From: a virus
Lineage: Duplodnaviria > Caudoviricetes
DNA length: 64,000 bases
IMG/VR virus record: IMGVR_UViG_3300033121_002239
Span: 1 to 64,000 of that record
Strand: one strand, 5' to 3'
Within the stretch, counting starts at the first letter, position 1. Each line of letters opens with the position of its first letter. A program made the position numbers and the translations under genes. Shown piece after piece: positions 17,902 through 25,631 of the stretch. The notes under the pieces are model-generated. The model ran no database searches, had not been told where the DNA came from, and saw only the letters and a list, made by a program, of their open reading frames with translations.

Positions 17902-20458
17902 CCAGGCGCGGCTCCGTGGGAACACGCAGGGCCCCACGCTCCTTCAGCGCGGGCTCGACGGGGTGAAGGGCGCCGCCGAGCGCCTGAACCGCGCGCTCTC
18001 GGGCACGAACACGCTCCTCCCGACGTTCGGGACCTTGGTTCGAACGGCCGGGTCGATGCTCCGCGACCTCATCGGCCACGCGATCCGGTCGGGCTCCGAG
18101 ATCGAGAACCTCGAGCTCGCGTTCACGACGATGCTCGGCGGCGCGGACGCGGCGCGCGCCCACCTCGAAGAGCTCCAGCGCTTTGCCCTGGGGAAACCGT
18201 TTGAATTCGCGCAGCTCGCGAGCGCCTCGCGCACGCTCCAGACCTACGGCTTCGCTGCGCGCGACGTGACGGGGCTACTGCGAGATATGGGCGACGCCGC
18301 CTTCACGGCCAACACGGGCTATGTGGGCGTCGAGCGCATGGTGCGTGTCTTCGGGCAGATTCGCGCCACCGGGCAGGCCACGAAGGGGCACCTGAACATG
18401 CTCGTCGCGTCGGGCGTCGACGCGTACGCGATCCTTCGTGAGCAACTTGGATTGACAGGGGAACAGCTCAAGAACATTGCTCGGAGCGGCATCCCCGCCG
18501 AGCGGATCATCACCGCGCTGCGCACTGGGATGCAACAGCGCTACGGCGGCGGCATGGAACGAGCCGCCGCGACCCTGGCCGCGAAGCTCTCGGACTTGCA
18601 GGACCTCGCGGGCCTCTTCTACCGCACGCTCTACCGCGAACTCGGCCCCTACCTCATCTGGTTCATCGACAAGCTCTCGGGCGCGCTCACGGGCAACATG
18701 ACCGGGATCACGCGCACGGTGAAGACCACCGTCGCGACCATCCTCGGCCTCGGTCGCATCCTCGTGGGCGTCCTCGGGGGCGCGTTCTCGGACGTGCGCG
18801 GGCGGTGGGAGCGGGACTCGCGCGGCGCGACGCGCTCGGTGACGCAGACGCTCGAACGCTTCGCGTGGACGATCGAGGGCGTGGCGGCGCTCGTGTCGTC
18901 GGACAACGGCCGTGGCCTCGCGCAGGTGCCCCGCGGCCTCCAGCGCAACCTCGTCGACCGTGGCTTGTGGCCGACGGTCGTCGCGATGGCGCGCGTCTTC
19001 AACCGCCTGCGCGCGCTCGTCGGCGGCTTCGTCGAGGGCCTCGCGCGAGGCTTCAACGATGGCGCGCGCCGCATCCGCGTCGTGACCGACGCGCTCGGCC
19101 TCACGCAGGCGGGCATGACCATGACCCGCGCCGAGGCCACGCGCCTCGGGGAGCGCCTCGGGCGCCTCGTGACGATGCTGGCCCTCGTGAAGGCCGCGAC
19201 GCTCGCCGTCCGCGCCGCGGGCCTGATCACTCTGCCCGTTCTGCGGCTCCTCGGGCCGACGCGCGACCCGATCACGGGGAAGTTCGTCGCGGGCAACGCC
19301 GCGTCGCTCGCGCAGGCCCTCGGCCGCCAGCTCCTCGCCACGGGTCGCGCCCTCCCGGGCGTCCTCGCGCAGACGCGCATCGGGATGGAGCGCCTCGCGG
19401 GCGTGTCGCTGCGCTTCGCGCTCGCGAACCCCGTCCTCACGGCCGTCGCGCTCGCCGTCGTGGCGATCGGCCTGGCCTCGCTCTGGGCCTACCGCCACGC
19501 CGACCAGCTCGCGTCCTCGTCGCCGAAGTGGCGCGCGCTGCGCGTCGCCCTGAACCTCGTCTTCGGTCCCTTCATCGAACTCGCGGTGCTCCTCGGGCGC
19601 ACCGACGGGTCCTTCGAGCGGTTCCGCGGGCGCGTCGTCGCGGGGGCGCAGTCGCTCTGGCGGGCGCTCTATCCGCTGCGCGTGGCCGTCGCCCTGATCG
19701 TGCTCGCGTGGTACGTCGTGCAGGCGCGCGTCGCGATGGCGCTCGCGTGGATGGTCGGCGCCCTCGCGCGGGCGGCGGTGTGGATCGGGGGCATGGTGGG
19801 CCGCGCCGCCCTCGCGATCGGCCGCTACCTCACCGCCCCCTTCGTGGCCCTCTTCGGGTGGATCCGCGCGCACGTCGGGGTCTTCGCGGCCATCGCCCGC
19901 GTCCTCTTCGCGCCGTTTCTCTTCGCCGCGCGGTTCGCGTTCGGGCTCGTCCTCGGCGTGCTGCGGGCCGTCGGGGGCTTTCTTGAGCGCCGGTTCGGGC
20001 TGCACCTCGCCGGGGCGCGGCTCGCCCTCGTGCTCCTCGTGGGCGCGATCCGCACGAGCTTCACGTCGCTCCCGAACCTCCTCCTCGCCCCCTTGCGCCT
20101 CGTGGCGCGCGAGATCGTGTCGATGTACCGCGGTCTCCCGGCGGCCCTTCGCCCCGCGGGCCTGGAGGGCGCGGCGCGGACCCTGGAGACCTTCGCCCAA
20201 GGCCCCGCGACCCCCGCGCAGGCGGGCGCCGTGGTGGACACCCAGGCGGCCGGCGCGGTGACGTCCGCGAACGTCGCCCGCACGACGAGCGTGATGGCCG
20301 CCGCGCAGACCCCGGCCGCGGCCCCGACGGTGGTCGTTCCGCCCCCGCCCCCGGGCACGACCGTCGTGCAGATTGACGGCCGCGAGATCCTGCGCGCGGT
20401 CGATCGGCAGAACACCACCACGGCCCTGCGCGGCGGGCGCGCGGTCGAGACGGAGTAG
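17804..20458 (+). CDS. Tail tape measure protein (inverted relative to the late operon)
   Basis: IENLELAFTTMLGGADAARAHLEELQRFALGKPFEFAQLASASRTLQTYGF...LRDMGDAA is the tape-measure domain; hydrophobic helical C-half; 884 aa. Confidence 0.9.
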   Translation: MFDDDELDIGLRVTLKDAFSVAATKIEGAWKGLQARLRGNTQGPTLLQRGLDGVKGAAERLNRALSGTNTLLPTFGTLVRTAGSMLRDLIGHAIRSGSEIENLELAFTTMLGGADAARAHLEELQRFALGKPFEFAQLASASRTLQTYGFAARDVTGLLRDMGDAAFTANTGYVGVERMVRVFGQIRATGQATKGHLNMLVASGVDAYAILREQLGLTGEQLKNIARSGIPAERIITALRTGMQQRYGGGMERAAATLAAKLSDLQDLAGLFYRTLYRELGPYLIWFIDKLSGALTGNMTGITRTVKTTVATILGLGRILVGVLGGAFSDVRGRWERDSRGATRSVTQTLERFAWTIEGVAALVSSDNGRGLAQVPRGLQRNLVDRGLWPTVVAMARVFNRLRALVGGFVEGLARGFNDGARRIRVVTDALGLTQAGMTMTRAEATRLGERLGRLVTMLALVKAATLAVRAAGLITLPVLRLLGPTRDPITGKFVAGNAASLAQALGRQLLATGRALPGVLAQTRIGMERLAGVSLRFALANPVLTAVALAVVAIGLASLWAYRHADQLASSSPKWRALRVALNLVFGPFIELAVLLGRTDGSFERFRGRVVAGAQSLWRALYPLRVAVALIVLAWYVVQARVAMALAWMVGALARAAVWIGGMVGRAALAIGRYLTAPFVALFGWIRAHVGVFAAIARVLFAPFLFAARFAFGLVLGVLRAVGGFLERRFGLHLAGARLALVLLVGAIRTSFTSLPNLLLAPLRLVAREIVSMYRGLPAALRPAGLEGAARTLETFAQGPATPAQAGAVVDTQAAGAVTSANVARTTSVMAAAQTPAAAPTVVVPPPPPGTTVVQIDGREILRAVDRQNTTTALRGGRAVETE

Positions 20459-20481
20459 CCTGAACGCATGTCCAGGCTACC

Positions 20482-20518
20482 GTGACCTCCGCGGGCTGTG
20501 GTTCCGTACCCTCGCACC
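20482..20518 (+). promoter_or_regulatory. Putative leaderless promoter of lipoprotein 2
   Basis: GTGACC-N19-TACCCT-N6-ATG. Confidence 0.6.
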
Positions 20519-21397
20519 ATGCGCTTCCCCCTCGCCCTTCTCCTGCTCACGCTCGTTGCCTGCGGCTCCTCGAACAACGGCGCGGCGCCCTGCGTCGGCG
20601 GGCAGACCATTGCGTGTCCGTGTGCGGGCGGAGGGATGGGGACGCAGACGTGCCAGAGCGACGGGCGCTACTCGGCGTGCGTCTGTCCCGACGCCGCGAC
20701 TGTGGTCGACGTCGTCGCCCCGGTAGACGCGCCCGCCGACCGGGAGCTCCCGCCACCCGACCGGACACCGAGCGGGGAGGACGTGGCAGAGGCAGGGGGC
20801 GAGACCGGGACGGCCGTCGACGACGTCGCTCTGGTGCTCGACGCGGGCACCCCCGACGACGGCCCGCAGGGGATCGACACGGGGGCGGAGGTGGATGTGC
20901 CCGCCGACCGGGAGAATCCGCCCGATGCCAGGACCACGGTCGACGTCGTCGTAGATCGCCCGTGCGCCGAGGGGACGGTGGAATGCTCCGGGGCCACTAC
21001 GATGAGGGTGTGCCGCGGGGGCGCGTGGACAGAGGTGTCATGCGGGCGCTCGACCGACGACCGCCAGGAAGTCTGCACACCGAGCACGAACGTCTGTTCG
21101 ATCCGTCCGTCCGTGACAGGCTCCTGCACCTCGAACAACCAGTGCGGCTATGGGTACTACGGCTGTGTCGCGGGGTCGTGCGTGTGGCGAGGCGCGGTGG
21201 CTTGCGTCGATGACCTCGGCTGTCGGGACGTCTTCGGCGAGTTCTCGAACTTCCGGTGCGTGCCCGTCACGATCTACGGCCAGACCGCGCGAGCCTGCCA
21301 GGAAGCCGCCTACCCACCGCGGGCGTGCGTGATCGACGCGCAATGCCTCGCCACCTATCGGTGTAACGTGCAGAGCGGGTTCTGCGTCCGGCGCTGA
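20519..21397 (+). CDS. Cys-rich lipoprotein 2
   Basis: MRFPLALLLLTLVAC lipobox; same domain layout and 18 C-terminal Cys as lipoprotein 1. Confidence 0.85.
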   Translation: MRFPLALLLLTLVACGSSNNGAAPCVGGQTIACPCAGGGMGTQTCQSDGRYSACVCPDAATVVDVVAPVDAPADRELPPPDRTPSGEDVAEAGGETGTAVDDVALVLDAGTPDDGPQGIDTGAEVDVPADRENPPDARTTVDVVVDRPCAEGTVECSGATTMRVCRGGAWTEVSCGRSTDDRQEVCTPSTNVCSIRPSVTGSCTSNNQCGYGYYGCVAGSCVWRGAVACVDDLGCRDVFGEFSNFRCVPVTIYGQTARACQEAAYPPRACVIDAQCLATYRCNVQSGFCVRR

Positions 21398-21400
21398 GGG

Positions 21401-22417
21401 TCAGAACTTCGGCTTGGGCGTGCGCTTGCGACGGCGGGTCGGGTCGAACTCGATCACCGACTTGATCTCGGTCTGTTGCCCCTTGCCCTTCTCGCGGGCT
21501 TCGCGGGCCTTGGCCTGCGCCTCACGGATGACCCGGCGCCGGTCCTCATCGACCTCCCGCATGAGGCGCCCGATGAAGCGTTGCGCCCGCGCGAGCTTGA
21601 CCCGCTCCAGCTTCTCCCACCGGGTGTCCTCGCCGTTGAACTCGACCTCATTGCGGAGGCGTTTGTCGTAGCTCATCCGGCGCGACACGTTGAGCTTGCC
21701 GGGGGTGGTCGGGTCGGCAGAGAGGAGCCGCAGCGGGACGAGGATCTCCCGCTCGGCGACCTCCGGCCCGATCACGCCCGAGGCGACGTCGGCCTCGACG
21801 CGACCGACCCGACTCTCCATCGCGTCGAGTCGGTCGTTGGAGGGGACGGCGATCCCGACGGCCTTGAGCACCTCGGGCACGGCCGCACACACGACCTGGG
21901 GGACGATCGACGCGAGGAGCTGCTGAAGGGTCTCCAGGGTGAACGCGGCGGGCGGGGTCGCACCGGGGAGGGTGGCCGTCCCGGTCGCCCTGAGCTGGGG
22001 CAGGACGTGGTCGGCCAGGAGCTTGCGCAGCTTGCGGCCCTTCTCGGTGAGCGAGAGCAGGAGCGCCTTGTCGATGCCACCCGCGGTCAGCACCATGAGG
22101 AACCGCGCTCCGCCACGGCCGCGCGAATGACTACACTCCGAAGTGTAGTCATTCCGAAGCGCTTGAAACTCCGCGAGTTCGGCGTTTGCGAGCATGAGGA
22201 AGTCCGTGCCTTCCTCGAACTCCCCGGACCACCCGCCTCGAATTTGGTCAACGATCTTCCGTCCGCGCTCGTACACGACCTCGCCCACCTGCGCGGCGGG
22301 CCAGACCCAACGGTCGCGGAAGTAGACGGCGGTGATCGTCTTGCCTTCGAACTCGATGATGCGGGTGAGGGTCGTGGGCGCATCGTGCGGTTGCGTTTTT
22401 TGCGTGCTGTCTCTCAT
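21401..22417 (-). CDS. Phage antirepressor-like protein (BRO-N/ORF6N-like N-terminus)
   Basis: IIEFEGKTITAVYFRDRWVWPAAQVG...EFEEGTDF.ML...LMVLTAGGI...KGRKLRKLLADHVLPQLRATG. Confidence 0.7.
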   Translation of the reverse strand: MRDSTQKTQPHDAPTTLTRIIEFEGKTITAVYFRDRWVWPAAQVGEVVYERGRKIVDQIRGGWSGEFEEGTDFLMLANAELAEFQALRNDYTSECSHSRGRGGARFLMVLTAGGIDKALLLSLTEKGRKLRKLLADHVLPQLRATGTATLPGATPPAAFTLETLQQLLASIVPQVVCAAVPEVLKAVGIAVPSNDRLDAMESRVGRVEADVASGVIGPEVAEREILVPLRLLSADPTTPGKLNVSRRMSYDKRLRNEVEFNGEDTRWEKLERVKLARAQRFIGRLMREVDEDRRRVIREAQAKAREAREKGKGQQTEIKSVIEFDPTRRRKRTPKPKF

Positions 22418-22560
22418 GGTGAGAGTGCCTCCTTTGCGGATTTCGCCCATGCAAGATGATCGCCCGATCAGTGCCAACGGCACGGTGGATGCGTCCCGGC
22501 GCAACCCATCCGAGGGGGCGAGGAGTACCCTTCGAAGGAGAGGGGTGATAGGCGATGAGC

Positions 22561-22848
22561 ATGGCGACCACGAAAAAGTCCGCGCAGCCGAAGAAGCCCG
22601 CGGCCAAGACGAGGAAGAAGAGCAAGCTCACAATCGCGGGCGAGGAGGCATCACGGCTCGCGCGAAGGACCATGCTCCAGGCCACCCTCACGGCCTGCGG
22701 CTGGAATCTGTCAAAGGCCGCGGAGCTGCTGGACATGACGAGCGCGTCGGACGTGATCCGAGCGATTGGTGAACTCGACCTGGACAAAGAGCTTCTCGCG
22801 GCTCGTGAACGCGGGGACGTGGCCCGCGGTCGGCGCTGGTTTATTTGA
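22561..22848 (+). CDS. Fis-like HTH DNA-binding protein (paralog of 9727-9993)
   Basis: MATTKK...LTIAGEEA.R.ARRTMLQATLTACGWNLSKAAELL...S.V.R.I..LDLD.E. Confidence 0.7.
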   Translation: MATTKKSAQPKKPAAKTRKKSKLTIAGEEASRLARRTMLQATLTACGWNLSKAAELLDMTSASDVIRAIGELDLDKELLAARERGDVARGRRWFI

Positions 22849-22869
22849 GCCAGTCAGCGTAATTCAATA

Positions 22870-22898
22870 TTGCGAACTCGCACAATTAAGCGTAGCGT
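22870..22898 (+). promoter_or_regulatory. Sigma70-like promoter with a palindrome over the -35
   Basis: TTGCGA-N17-TAGCGT; palindrome TGCGA-AC-TCGCA (22871-22882) in an AT-rich island. Confidence 0.6.
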
Positions 22899-22949
22899 GT
22901 TCTCCGTCTTCGCGCGACCCTAGACCCTCGCGCGCGACGGAGGATCGCC

Positions 22950-23180
22950 ATGAACGCGCCCGTTCAACCGTGCCCTATTGTCTTCGACGCCTTCGAGCAT
23001 CCCCATCACCCCGACTGCCTGTGTGACCTCTGCTACCCCGCCGAGGACGGGGACGTGTGGGACGCGACGCTCGACTTCGAGACGCCCGAACCGCCCCTCC
23101 CGTGGGAGGACGCCTTCGAGCCCGTCTTTCACTCCCTCGCCCCGGAGCGCCCGCTCCCGCATCGCAAGGCGGTCGGATGA
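22950..23180 (+). CDS. Small acidic Cys/His-containing protein (LPWE-x-A motif)
   Basis: RBS GGAGGA; HPHHPDCLCDLC; LPWEDAF. Confidence 0.55.
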   Translation: MNAPVQPCPIVFDAFEHPHHPDCLCDLCYPAEDGDVWDATLDFETPEPPLPWEDAFEPVFHSLAPERPLPHRKAVG

Positions 23181-23875
23181 GCGCCCCTCCCTCGCCGCGC
23201 GTGGAGACGCGCATCGAAACCCTGCGCCGCGTGGTCACGGCCTGCACCGACACGACAACCTGGGAGTTCTCGGTCTGGGAGGACTGGACCGATGGCGAGC
23301 CGCGCATTCGCGACACCGATGCAGCGGAGCGCCTTTCCTTCTCTCGCCCGCGGAAGATCCGTGAACTCATCGAACGGACATGGCCTGCGGACAAACGTCC
23401 GAACTGCCGCCCCACGGCGGGGCGGCAGTCCACCGGCAACGGTGCCGTACGAGAGTACGCCGTCACCGAGTACTGGCTCACCGAGGCCGAACTCCTCAAG
23501 CTCTGCGCGCGTGCTCGCACCGAGGTCGCCGAAGTGATCTTGGACGAGATGATCGCGACCTACATCGCGGTGCGACGCCACCTGCTCACGACGGTCCACG
23601 TCGCCGCACACGACCGGAAGCTCCCCGCGCCGAAGGCTCTCCCGGCGCCCGCACCTATCCCGTTGCCTGCTCCGTCGCCCACTTACGGCGAGGCGCCCAC
23701 CTTCCCGACGCTCGTTCAGATGGCGATGAAGCGCCGTCCCGAGGTCTCCGGGTGGGTGTGGTCGCGCCTCGCAACGCTCCCGCTTCTGCCCCACCTGCCC
23801 CTCACGCTCGCTGCGATCGTTGGACTCGCAGAGCACCTCGAACTCTACGCGATCCCGCCCGACGACACGCACTGA
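23177..23875 (+). CDS. Antirepressor/Rha-like phage regulatory protein
   Basis: EPRIRDTDAAERLSFSRPRKIRELIER...EYWLTEAELLKLCARARTEVAEVILDEMI. Confidence 0.6.
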   Translation: MSAPPSPRVETRIETLRRVVTACTDTTTWEFSVWEDWTDGEPRIRDTDAAERLSFSRPRKIRELIERTWPADKRPNCRPTAGRQSTGNGAVREYAVTEYWLTEAELLKLCARARTEVAEVILDEMIATYIAVRRHLLTTVHVAAHDRKLPAPKALPAPAPIPLPAPSPTYGEAPTFPTLVQMAMKRRPEVSGWVWSRLATLPLLPHLPLTLAAIVGLAEHLELYAIPPDDTH

Positions 23876-23883
23876 CCCTCGAA

Positions 23884-23981
23884 AGCCCCTTCCAGGCCCC
23901 TTCGATCTTCGTCGCGGCGGCGGAGAACGCATCCTTCAGCGTCACCCGCAGCCCGATGTCGAGCTCGTCGTCGTCGAACAC
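23884..23981 (-). pseudogene. Orphan 5' end of the tape measure gene (first 33 codons) at the ancestral position; right arm of the inverted repeat
   Basis: GTG TTC GAC GAC GAC GAG CTC GAC ATC... directly after the tail-chaperone GT stop; identity to the full gene ends abruptly at 23884. Confidence 0.85.
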
Positions 23982-23998
23982 GGCACCCCTTCGGGGGT

Positions 23999-24006
23999 GT
24001 CACCGT
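23999..24006 (-). promoter_or_regulatory. Late box ACGGTGAC
   Basis: 17 nt before the GTG of the tape-measure remnant. Confidence 0.55.
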
Positions 24007-25072
24007 CAGACCTTCGGCGTGGCGTTCTGGATCGCGGCCCGCTCGGCGTCGAGGTCCTTCCGCAGCCGGTCGGCGTAGATCCACCGGAGCGGCGCGGCGA
24101 GGTTCATCACGTCGTCGTAGTTCGTGAAGACGCGCCCCTTCATCAGCAGGTACGCGTCCCCGTCGGGGTTGATCAGTCCAGCGCCGACACAATGTGCTGG
24201 AAGAAAAAATTTGGATCGTCGTGCAGGCTGAAGAAGAAGGGCTTTGAGCACCCGCCGCACGCGATCTGCACGCGCGTCCGCGGCCCGCCCATCGGGAACC
24301 AGAGCTTCTCGGCGCCCTCGTCCTCGTCGTCTGCGGGCTCCTCGCGCTCGATCGTCACGCCGAGCTTGCGCCCGAGGTCGAGGGCCTTCGTGCGCCATGC
24401 GGCCTCGTGGTCAGGGGAGAGGAAGGTCCGGGGCTCGGTGAGCGCGTGCACCTGCCGCAGGGCGTTGAGCACGTCGCCGGGGAGGTCGAGGAGCGCGCGC
24501 GGGCCGACGACCTTGCCGTCGAGCTCCTTGACCAGCGCGAGCGGCCGGTCGATCGGCCCGAGGTGTCCCTGCGTCACGAACTTCTGGAACTGCTCATCGG
24601 TGACGCCCGACTCGACGCCGATCAGGAATCGGTACGCTTTGCCCGCGTGGTCTTGGAGCGTGAGCGTCCACCCGTCGGCGAGGATCGCGGGGTCGTAGGC
24701 GATGTCCTCGATCTCGTCGAGGTGCCAGGTGCGCTCGGCGTCGGTCCCGCAGTGGGGGCACTTCGTCGAGACCCGGCACTCCGACCCGTAGGTGATCGTG
24801 CGTGCGAGCATGAACGCCCGCCGCCGCGAGCCGTCGGGCATCCGGCGCACGAGGTCGCGCAGCCGGTCGCCCGTGTGGCGCTTGCCGTCGAGCGTGAGGA
24901 TCGACCGCGCGAGCGCGTCGGTGATCGCCCCGGGGAGGTCTTCGAACTTCCCGTCGCGGTTCGGGGTGAGTCGCTTCTGCGCGTGGCCGTCGAGGGGCTT
25001 GACGACGATCGACCGGCCGCACGGGAGCACGGTGGCCTTCTGGGGGTCGTACGTGGTGGAGGAGTCGCTCAT
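24006..25072 (-). CDS. Tail assembly chaperone GT (-1 frameshift product)
   Basis: Slippery heptamer A AAT TTT (plus-strand 24206-24212) in the correct phase; the -1 frame continues FLPAHCVGAGLINPDGD...NATPKV to the stop at 24006. Confidence 0.7.
24173..25072 (-). CDS. Tail assembly chaperone G (T4 gp26-like baseplate/chaperone family)
   Basis: TVLPCGRSIVVKPLDG...RRRAFMLARTITYG...CPHCG...CGGC; sits between the tube and tape-measure positions. Confidence 0.7.
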   Translation of the reverse strand: MSDSSTTYDPQKATVLPCGRSIVVKPLDGHAQKRLTPNRDGKFEDLPGAITDALARSILTLDGKRHTGDRLRDLVRRMPDGSRRRAFMLARTITYGSECRVSTKCPHCGTDAERTWHLDEIEDIAYDPAILADGWTLTLQDHAGKAYRFLIGVESGVTDEQFQKFVTQGHLGPIDRPLALVKELDGKVVGPRALLDLPGDVLNALRQVHALTEPRTFLSPDHEAAWRTKALDLGRKLGVTIEREEPADDEDEGAEKLWFPMGGPRTRVQIACGGCSKPFFFSLHDDPNFFFQHIVSALD

Positions 25073-25087
25073 ACGCCTCCGCGCGGC

Positions 25088-25095
25088 GTCAACGT
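25088..25095 (-). promoter_or_regulatory. Late box ACGTTGAC
   Basis: 15 nt before ATG 25072. Confidence 0.5.
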
Positions 25096-25110
25096 GGCGC
25101 CGCGTTGGCG

Positions 25111-25581
25111 TCAGGCGAGTTCGGCCGTGTCGAGCGAGAACTTCATGTCGGGCACGAGCGCGTCTTCCTTGCCCGCTTCGAGCTCGAGCTTCCCGAGGTC
25201 GGTCGGGAAGCACCCACTGAGCTTCCACGTCTCCTTTTCGGTGCCGTCGAGGTCGTAGATCACGACGGAGAGCTCACGCTTCGCGGCCTCGGGCGTCGCC
25301 GAGGTCTTGCCCGTCTGCGCGTTGATGCACTGCCGCCGCCACGCCTGGAGGTACTGGCGCACGGTCCCATCGGCGGCCTCGAACATCGACACTTCGAGTT
25401 CTTCGAGCTCGCCCATGCCCGAAGGGAAGTGGGTCGGCAGGGCGTTGCCCGCGGACTGCACGCTGGTGCGCTTGATCTTGCCGAGGGGGACCGAGACCTT
25501 CTTGCACCAGCCGAGGGGCATCCCCTCGCCGAAGAGCTGGAAACGGCCAGAGACGAGCGGGGGACCGGGGGTAGGGTACAT
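25111..25581 (-). CDS. Tail tube protein (T4 gp19-like)
   Basis: RFQLFGEG...EELEVSM...YLQAWRRQ...KRELSVVIYDLDGTEKETWKLSGCFPTDL..LEL; alternative GTG start at 25596. Confidence 0.88.
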   Translation of the reverse strand: MYPTPGPPLVSGRFQLFGEGMPLGWCKKVSVPLGKIKRTSVQSAGNALPTHFPSGMGELEELEVSMFEAADGTVRQYLQAWRRQCINAQTGKTSATPEAAKRELSVVIYDLDGTEKETWKLSGCFPTDLGKLELEAGKEDALVPDMKFSLDTAELA

Positions 25582-25610
25582 GGTGCGACTCCTCACCTGT
25601 AGGAGCGCGC

Positions 25611-25618
25611 GTCACCCG
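25611..25618 (-). promoter_or_regulatory. Late box CGGGTGAC
   Basis: Intergenic; 29 nt before tube ATG 25581 (14 nt before GTG 25596). Confidence 0.6.
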
Positions 25619-25631
25619 CGGGGGCGGGGGA

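Noticed and set aside
2742-23981. Diversity-generating retroelement template/variable repeat pairs (J/gp25 and tape-measure repeats)
   Set aside because: No reverse transcriptase in the window. The differences are few, mostly synonymous, not adenine-specific on one strand, and the repeats are gene ends rather than ligand-binding tips.
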